NCBI GenBank assembly: GCA_963831425.1
Contig: CAWHQC010000031.1
Span: forward strand, 410,252 to 474,251
Source: an uncultured Gemmatimonadales bacterium
GTDB lineage: Bacteria > Gemmatimonadota > Gemmatimonadetes > Gemmatimonadales > GWC2-71-9
Direction: 5' to 3'
DNA length: 64,000 bases
Shown: one piece after another, positions 58,870 through 64,000 of the stretch
How positions within the stretch are numbered: position 1 is the stretch's first letter
Layout of the letters: each line of letters starts with the position of its first letter
The notes under the pieces: generated by a model
The model's database searches: none
What the model was told of the DNA's origin: nothing
What the model saw: only the letters and a program-made list of their open reading frames with translations
Position numbers and translations under genes: made by a program

Positions 58870-60288
58870 CTAGCCGCCCATCGTCTCCAGTGTCGCCCGC
58901 GCCGCATAGTAGCCCGCCATTCCATGCACCCCGCCGCCTGGCGGCGTCGAAGCCGAACAGAGGTACACGCCCCGGAGCGGCGTCCGGTACGGCGATGCCC
59001 GCGCCACCGGTCGGGCGAATATCTGGCGCAGGTTCGTCGCGCCCCCACTGATGTCACCGCCCACCAGATTGGCGTTCCGCCGCTCGAGCTCGGCCGGCGG
59101 CATGACGCTCCGCGCAAGAATCCGCTCCCGGAACCCCGGCGCGAACCGCTCGACCTGCCGCTCGATCCGGTCGGTCACATCGAGCGTGCACCCGTTGGGC
59201 ACGTGGCAGTAGGCCCACGCCGTGTGCCTGCCCGCCGGCGCGCGTGAGGCGTCGAACAGCGTCGGCTGGACGAAGAGCACGAACGGCCGTTCGTGCACCT
59301 CGCCGCGCGCGGGCGCGGCTTCCGCGGCCGCGATCTCCTCCAGCGTGCCGCCCAGGTGCACCGTGGCCGCTCGCGCGCACTCCGGCGCGGTCCACGGGAC
59401 GGGGCCGTCCAGTGCCCAATCGAGCTTGAACGCCGCGGCGCCATAGCGGTAGCGCCGGAGCGCGCGGCGGTAGCCGGTTGGGAGTCGGTCGCCCGCGATC
59501 CGGAGGAGTTGGTGCGGCCCCACGTCCAGCATCACGACGCGCGCCGAGCGCACCTCGTCGAGCCGGCGTACCGCCGCGTCCGTCAGGATGTCGCCGCCGA
59601 GGGAGCGGAGATGGCCCGCGAGCGCGTCTGCCAAGCGCTGCGAGCCGCCCCGGACGATCGGCCAGCCCACCGCGTGCCCGGCAGCCGCGAGCAGGAGCCC
59701 GAAGGCGCCCGTCCCGGGTGCCTCGAGTGGGAGGAACGAGTGCGCCGCGCAGCCGGCGAAGAGCGCGCGGGCCGCCGTGCCGTGCAGCCCGCGGGCGAGC
59801 AGCGCGGCCGGCTGCAGCGCCCGAAGGCCGAACCGCGCCAGCAGCCACGGATGCCGCGGGAGCGTGGAGCGGCGGCGCCAGGACGTCTTCCGCGAGATGG
59901 TCCCAAGCCTCCACGAAGGCGCCAGGAGGCCTCGCCAGCTCCCGCCACCCGGACCCAGTCCGGCGGCCGTGGCGTCGAGCGAGCGCTCCAGCACCGCCGC
60001 CGATCCATCGTCGAGCGGGTGCGCCAGGGCCGCCGGCGGCTGAGCCCAGTCGAGACCGAACTCGCGCAGCGGCAGGCTCCGGAAGCACGGCGACGCGATC
60101 GCGAATGGGAGCACGGCCGCGCACACGTCGTGAGTGAACCCCGGCAGCGTCAGCGCTTCCGACCGGAGGCCGCCGCCGACGGCCGGCGCGGCCTCACGGA
60201 CTTCCGTCCGGAGCCCGGCCCGCGCGAGCAGGATGGCGGCGGCCAGGCCGTTCGGACCGGAGCCCACGACGACGGCGTCGGGAGTCAT
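58870..60288 (-). CDS. Phytoene-dehydrogenase-like FAD oxidoreductase (COG1233)
   Basis: VVGSGPNGLAAA, HDVCAA, LYLCSAS-like YLCSASTPPGGGVHGMAG; short out-of-frame patch near 59870-59920. Confidence 0.9.
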   Translation of the reverse strand: MTPDAVVVGSGPNGLAAAILLARAGLRTEVREAAPAVGGGLRSEALTLPGFTHDVCAAVLPFAIASPCFRSLPLREFGLDWAQPPAALAHPLDDGSAAVLERSLDATAAGLGPGGGSWRGLLAPSWRLGTISRKTSWRRRSTLPRHPWLLARFGLRALQPAALLARGLHGTAARALFAGCAAHSFLPLEAPGTGAFGLLLAAAGHAVGWPIVRGGSQRLADALAGHLRSLGGDILTDAAVRRLDEVRSARVVMLDVGPHQLLRIAGDRLPTGYRRALRRYRYGAAAFKLDWALDGPVPWTAPECARAATVHLGGTLEEIAAAEAAPARGEVHERPFVLFVQPTLFDASRAPAGRHTAWAYCHVPNGCTLDVTDRIERQVERFAPGFRERILARSVMPPAELERRNANLVGGDISGGATNLRQIFARPVARASPYRTPLRGVYLCSASTPPGGGVHGMAGYYAARATLETMGG

Positions 60289-60332
60289 GCCGGCGTTAGA
60301 TTCCGCCAGACTTCAGCCCAGCGGATGCCCTC

Positions 60333-61892
60333 ATGCAGGCTCGCGCCCTCTCGCTGTTCCTCGTCCTCGCGGCTCCGATCGGCACCGCCGCCGCGGCGCC
60401 GCCGCCCGCGGCGACGCCTCCGCCACGGCCGTCCCTGGCCTACAGCATCGATCTCAACCGGCGCGCGGACGACCTCTTCCACGTGACGCTGCGAGTCGCC
60501 GGACTCACGGGGGCAAACGCGATCTACCAGTTCGCCGCCACCGCACCGGGCACCTACGAGGTCATGAACATCGGGCGCTACGTGAAGACGTTCGAGGCGC
60601 TGGACGCCCGCGGACGGCGGGTGCCGATCGACCGGATCGGCGTGAACCAGTGGCGGCTCTCGCAGCCGGCGAGAGTCCGGACCATCCGATACGCCGTGTC
60701 CGAGACGTGGGACAGCCCGCTCGACCACCCGATCTACCGGATGTGCGGCACGTCCATCGAGAGCGATCATGTCCTCATCAACCCCCACGCCGTGATCGGC
60801 TATCCGGAAGGTCTCCAGGCTGCGCCGGTGCGGCTCCGGCTGGCCTATCCGGCCGCATGGCGGGCGGGCACCGCGCTCAAGCGCGGGCCCGACGGCGTCT
60901 ACGTGGCCGACAGCTACGACCAGCTCGTGGATTCGCCGATCCTGCTCGGCCGGCTCTCCAAGGCGCGCCTGGTGGTGACCGGCGTGCCGATCGACGTCTA
61001 CACCTACTCCGCCACCGGGAAGATCACGTCGTCCCAGCTCCTCGGCTCCATGAGCGGGATGCTCCACGCCGCCGGCAAGTTTCTTGGACGGCTGCCGGTG
61101 GACCGCTACACCTTTCTCTATCATTTCGGCGACTCCGCGGCGGGTGCCTGGGAGCACTCGTTCAGCTCCGAGTACGTGCTGCAGGAGGGCGAGTTCACCG
61201 ATTCGGTGGGCCGGCAGGTGACCGACATCGCCGCTCACGAGTTCTTTCACATCGTGACCCCGCTCAACATTCACAGCCAGATCATCGAGCATTTCAACTT
61301 CGTCACGCCCGTGCCCTCACGGCACCTCTGGCTGTACGAGGGGACCACGGAGTGGGCCGCGCACGACATGCAGCTCCGGGCCGGGTCTGGTGACGCCCGA
61401 GGAGTATCTCCAGACCCAGATCCGCAAGATGCAGGTCGCCCGCCAGAGGTTCGACAGCACCTGGAGCCTGCTCAAGCTGTCGCTCACCTCCTACAGCGAC
61501 TCCGGCCAGGCGCAGTACGGCAACATCTACCAGCGCGGCGCGCTCACCGCGGGGCTGCTCGACATCCGGCTGCTCGAGCTCTCGCACGGCGATCGCGGGC
61601 TCCGCGATCTGATCGTCGAGCTGACGCACCGGTACGGGAAGCGCCGGGCGTTCCCCGACTCGACCTTCGTGGATACGCTGGTAGCGATGACCCACCCGGA
61701 GATCCGGGACTTCTTCGACCGCTACGTCCTGGACGCGCAGCACCTGCCGATCGGGGAGTACTACGCCAGGCTCGGCATCACCCTGGTCCAGGACGACAAG
61801 GGGCAGCCGATCCGCTTCCAGATCAACCCGAGCCCCACGCCGGCGCAGCTCGCGCTGCGCGAGGCGTGGCTCGGGCGGACGGTCAGGAGTAG
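60333..61892 (+). CDS. M61 glycyl-aminopeptidase-family metallopeptidase, frameshift near 61390
   Basis: APGTY, LVDSPI, AWEHSFS, AHEFFH, LWLYEGTTE, then IYQRGAL..LLDIRL in the next frame. Confidence 0.85.
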   Translation: MQARALSLFLVLAAPIGTAAAAPPPAATPPPRPSLAYSIDLNRRADDLFHVTLRVAGLTGANAIYQFAATAPGTYEVMNIGRYVKTFEALDARGRRVPIDRIGVNQWRLSQPARVRTIRYAVSETWDSPLDHPIYRMCGTSIESDHVLINPHAVIGYPEGLQAAPVRLRLAYPAAWRAGTALKRGPDGVYVADSYDQLVDSPILLGRLSKARLVVTGVPIDVYTYSATGKITSSQLLGSMSGMLHAAGKFLGRLPVDRYTFLYHFGDSAAGAWEHSFSSEYVLQEGEFTDSVGRQVTDIAAHEFFHIVTPLNIHSQIIEHFNFVTPVPSRHLWLYEGTTEWAAHDMQLRAGSGDARGVSPDPDPQDAGRPPEVRQHLEPAQAVAHLLQRLRPGAVRQHLPARRAHRGAARHPAARALARRSRAPRSDRRADAPVREAPGVPRLDLRGYAGSDDPPGDPGLLRPLRPGRAAPADRGVLRQARHHPGPGRQGAADPLPDQPEPHAGAARAARGVARADGQE

Positions 61893-62681
61893 TAGCGCTT
61901 CAGGTAAGCGGCGACGCCGTCGAGATCGGGAAACAGCCGGCGCTCGTCGACGCTGACCAGGTCGAGCTGGTCGCGGATGCGGCCGGCGTGCTGGGCGGGG
62001 ATCACGATCTTGGTCAGCGCGCCGCCCAGACCGTGGTGCTCGAGGAAGCCGTCGAACGTCTGGCGCTTCTCGGAGCAGAGGGTGAACGCGGCGGACTGGG
62101 CCACGATGCGCGCATCGAGCGATGGCGGCTCCAGCATGCAGGCGAACGGCCGGCTGCCCTCGCGCATCGCGAACAGCGCCGACGGGGTGAACGGACGGTC
62201 CCGCGCCGAAAATCCCTTCCAGGTCCTGAATGAGAAGCGCGAGCTCCGGCAGGCGGAAGAAGCGGTGAACTTCCTTCCAGTCGAGCCGCCACACCGCGCG
62301 GTCGGCGCCGCTGGCGCCCTCCACGGTCGCGAAGTGCGCCGCCACGAGTGGCGAGTACGTCCAGTCGAGCAGCCGGGTGGGGAGCCCGTGGTGCTGGGCC
62401 GCTACCAGCACCTCCCAGTCGTTCTCCGGCGGGCTGCCGAAGTAGGGACGAGAGTAGCGGATGAAATTGCGGAGGATGTACTCCTCCAGGTCCGCCTTGG
62501 TATGCGGCGCGGAGGCGCCGCCGAGCTGGTCGAGGCTGGTGAGCAGCGGCCAGCGGGCGTCGGCGGCGCCGCGATAGACGCCGCTGCTCCGCCGCCGGCC
62601 GGTGGCAGGATCCGGTTCCGGCGGCGTGGTCTGGGCGATGAGATCGCCCAGCGAGGTAACGGCCACTTCGCGGATCGCCAT
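61883..62681 (-). CDS. FRG-domain protein, frameshift near 62200
   Basis: VYRG, AQHHGLPTRLLDWTYSPLVAAHFA, RIVAQSAAFT, LFPDLDG. Confidence 0.9.
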
Positions 62682-62743
62682 GCGCTGATATGAAGCGGGC
62701 TTGGCAGGGTCGCGCAAGGCCGGTGGTGCCGCAATCTTCCGCC

Positions 62744-63670
62744 ATGCACCCGTTCGACATCTCCGCGCTCGCCGCTCGGCTGCCAGATCGGCCGCTCACC
62801 CGGTTCGCGCCCAGCCCGACCGGCTATCTGCACCTGGGCCACGCCGCCAACGCCGTATGGGTGTGGGGGATCGCCCGGGCCCTGGGTGGCCGGGTGCTGC
62901 TCCGGCTCGAAGACCACGACCGGGGCCGCTGCCGGCCTGCGTATGAATCGGCCCTGCTCGACGACCTCGAGTGGCTGGGATTGGAGCCGGACGTCGGCGC
63001 GGTGGCGGAGTTCCGCTCCGGCGCGTCGCCGCTCCGGCAGAGCGACTCGGCGCACGCGTATGCCGCCGCGCTCGAGCGGCTCGGCGCCGGCGTCTTCGCG
63101 TGCGACTGCTCGCGCAGGGACGTCGCACGTCAAAGCGGCGACGTCGTCAACCAGGAGACACCCTATCCGGGGCGCTGCCGCGACCGCGGGCTCGAGCCGG
63201 CGCCCGGCCGTGGGCTCCGGCTCCGGCTGGAGCCCGGCGCGGAGCGATTCGCCGACGCCCGGCTGGGCCCGCAGGTGCAGCACCCCGCCCGGCAGTGCGG
63301 CGACCTCCTGCTCCGCGACCGACTGGGCCAGTGGACCTACCAGTTTGCCGTCGTCGTGGACGACCTCCGGCACGGGGTAGACCTGATCGTCCGGGGCGAG
63401 GACCTGCTGAGCTCGACCGGCCGCCAGATCCGGCTGGGCCGCCTGCTCGGCCGGCCGGCACCACCGGTGTTTCTGCATCATCCGCTCATCCGGGCTCCGG
63501 GCGGCGGAAAGCTGAGCAAGTCGCGTGGGGACACCGGTATCCGGGAACTGCGGGCGGCGGGCGCCGCGCCGGCCGAGGTGCTGGGCCGGGCGGCCTGGCT
63601 GACCGGCCTCCAGGCCGAGCCCGACCCGCTGCGTCCGGATGATCTGGCCAAGCTGTTCACCGGGCGTTAG
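62744..63670 (+). CDS. gluQ: Glutamyl-Q tRNA(Asp) synthetase
   Basis: RFAPSPTGYLHLGH, RLEDHD, CDCSR, YPGRCR, YQFAVVVDD, RGEDLL, KLSKS; no anticodon-binding domain. Confidence 0.9.
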   Translation: MHPFDISALAARLPDRPLTRFAPSPTGYLHLGHAANAVWVWGIARALGGRVLLRLEDHDRGRCRPAYESALLDDLEWLGLEPDVGAVAEFRSGASPLRQSDSAHAYAAALERLGAGVFACDCSRRDVARQSGDVVNQETPYPGRCRDRGLEPAPGRGLRLRLEPGAERFADARLGPQVQHPARQCGDLLLRDRLGQWTYQFAVVVDDLRHGVDLIVRGEDLLSSTGRQIRLGRLLGRPAPPVFLHHPLIRAPGGGKLSKSRGDTGIRELRAAGAAPAEVLGRAAWLTGLQAEPDPLRPDDLAKLFTGR

Positions 63671-63680
63671 CATCCCCCGG

Positions 63681-64000
63681 ATGAGACAGCCGCGTGAGAT
63701 GCTCGCCGCCTTCGCCTGGACGCTCTGGGTTCCCTTGCTGTGCGCCGGGCTCATCAATCGCGCGGAGGCGCAGGCGCTGCCGCGCGTGGTCATCGAGACC
63801 GAGCTCGGGAACATCGAGGTGGAGATCGACAGCATCCACGCGCCGCTCACCTCGGCGAATTTCCTCCGCTACGTGGACCTCGGGTTCTATCGCTTCGGCC
63901 GGTTTCACCGCACCGTCCGGGCGGACAACCAGCCTCAGGACAAGGTGAAGATCGCGGTGGTGCAGGCGGGACTCGACTCGCTCCGGGTCAAGGATTTCCC
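63681..64000 (+). CDS. Cyclophilin-type peptidyl-prolyl isomerase (3'-truncated by the window edge)
   Basis: Signal peptide then VVIETELGNIEVEI...APLTSANFLRYVD.GFY...FHRTV...VQAG. Confidence 0.88.
   Translation, partial: MRQPREMLAAFAWTLWVPLLCAGLINRAEAQALPRVVIETELGNIEVEIDSIHAPLTSANFLRYVDLGFYRFGRFHRTVRADNQPQDKVKIAVVQAGLDSLRVKDF

Overview
High-GC bacterial chromosomal segment of about 60 genes, mostly housekeeping and accessory. The gene families and repeat style suggest Gemmatimonadota (inference, not a database result). Many recognisable genes carry 1-bp indels, which looks like uncorrected long-read assembly error rather than pseudogenisation. Contents in order: Hsp20, hemA, hemH, a NarL-type two-component pair, an amine/polyamine catabolic group (ALDH, saccharopine-dehydrogenase-like, gabT), an RND-TolC-MFP pump, bcp, lepB, a blue-copper protein, an SBP-MCP pair, cspA, ogt, a YhaM-like nuclease, lemA-htpX, an HD-GYP regulator, mqnD, glnA, a BamA-like OMP, a B12 radical SAM, an Mrp/DUF2249/SufT/Crp-Fnr cluster, tRNA-Cys, a CopB-type ATPase, an M61 peptidase, an FRG protein, gluQ and a cyclophilin. 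Two candidates stand out. (1) A stand-alone, about 430-nt, highly structured non-coding transcription unit at 28.57-29.00 kb with promoter and terminator; its motif order and pairings resemble the raiA-motif RNA. (2) An HTH-less TPR protein convergent with an unannotated 47-aa secreted peptide, next to an AraC/REC/MerR/LemA/HtpX operon with 21-bp-phased repeats; this resembles an RRNPP (Rap-Phr)-style peptide signalling cassette in a diderm bacterium. No integrase, transposase, CRISPR array or rRNA was seen.
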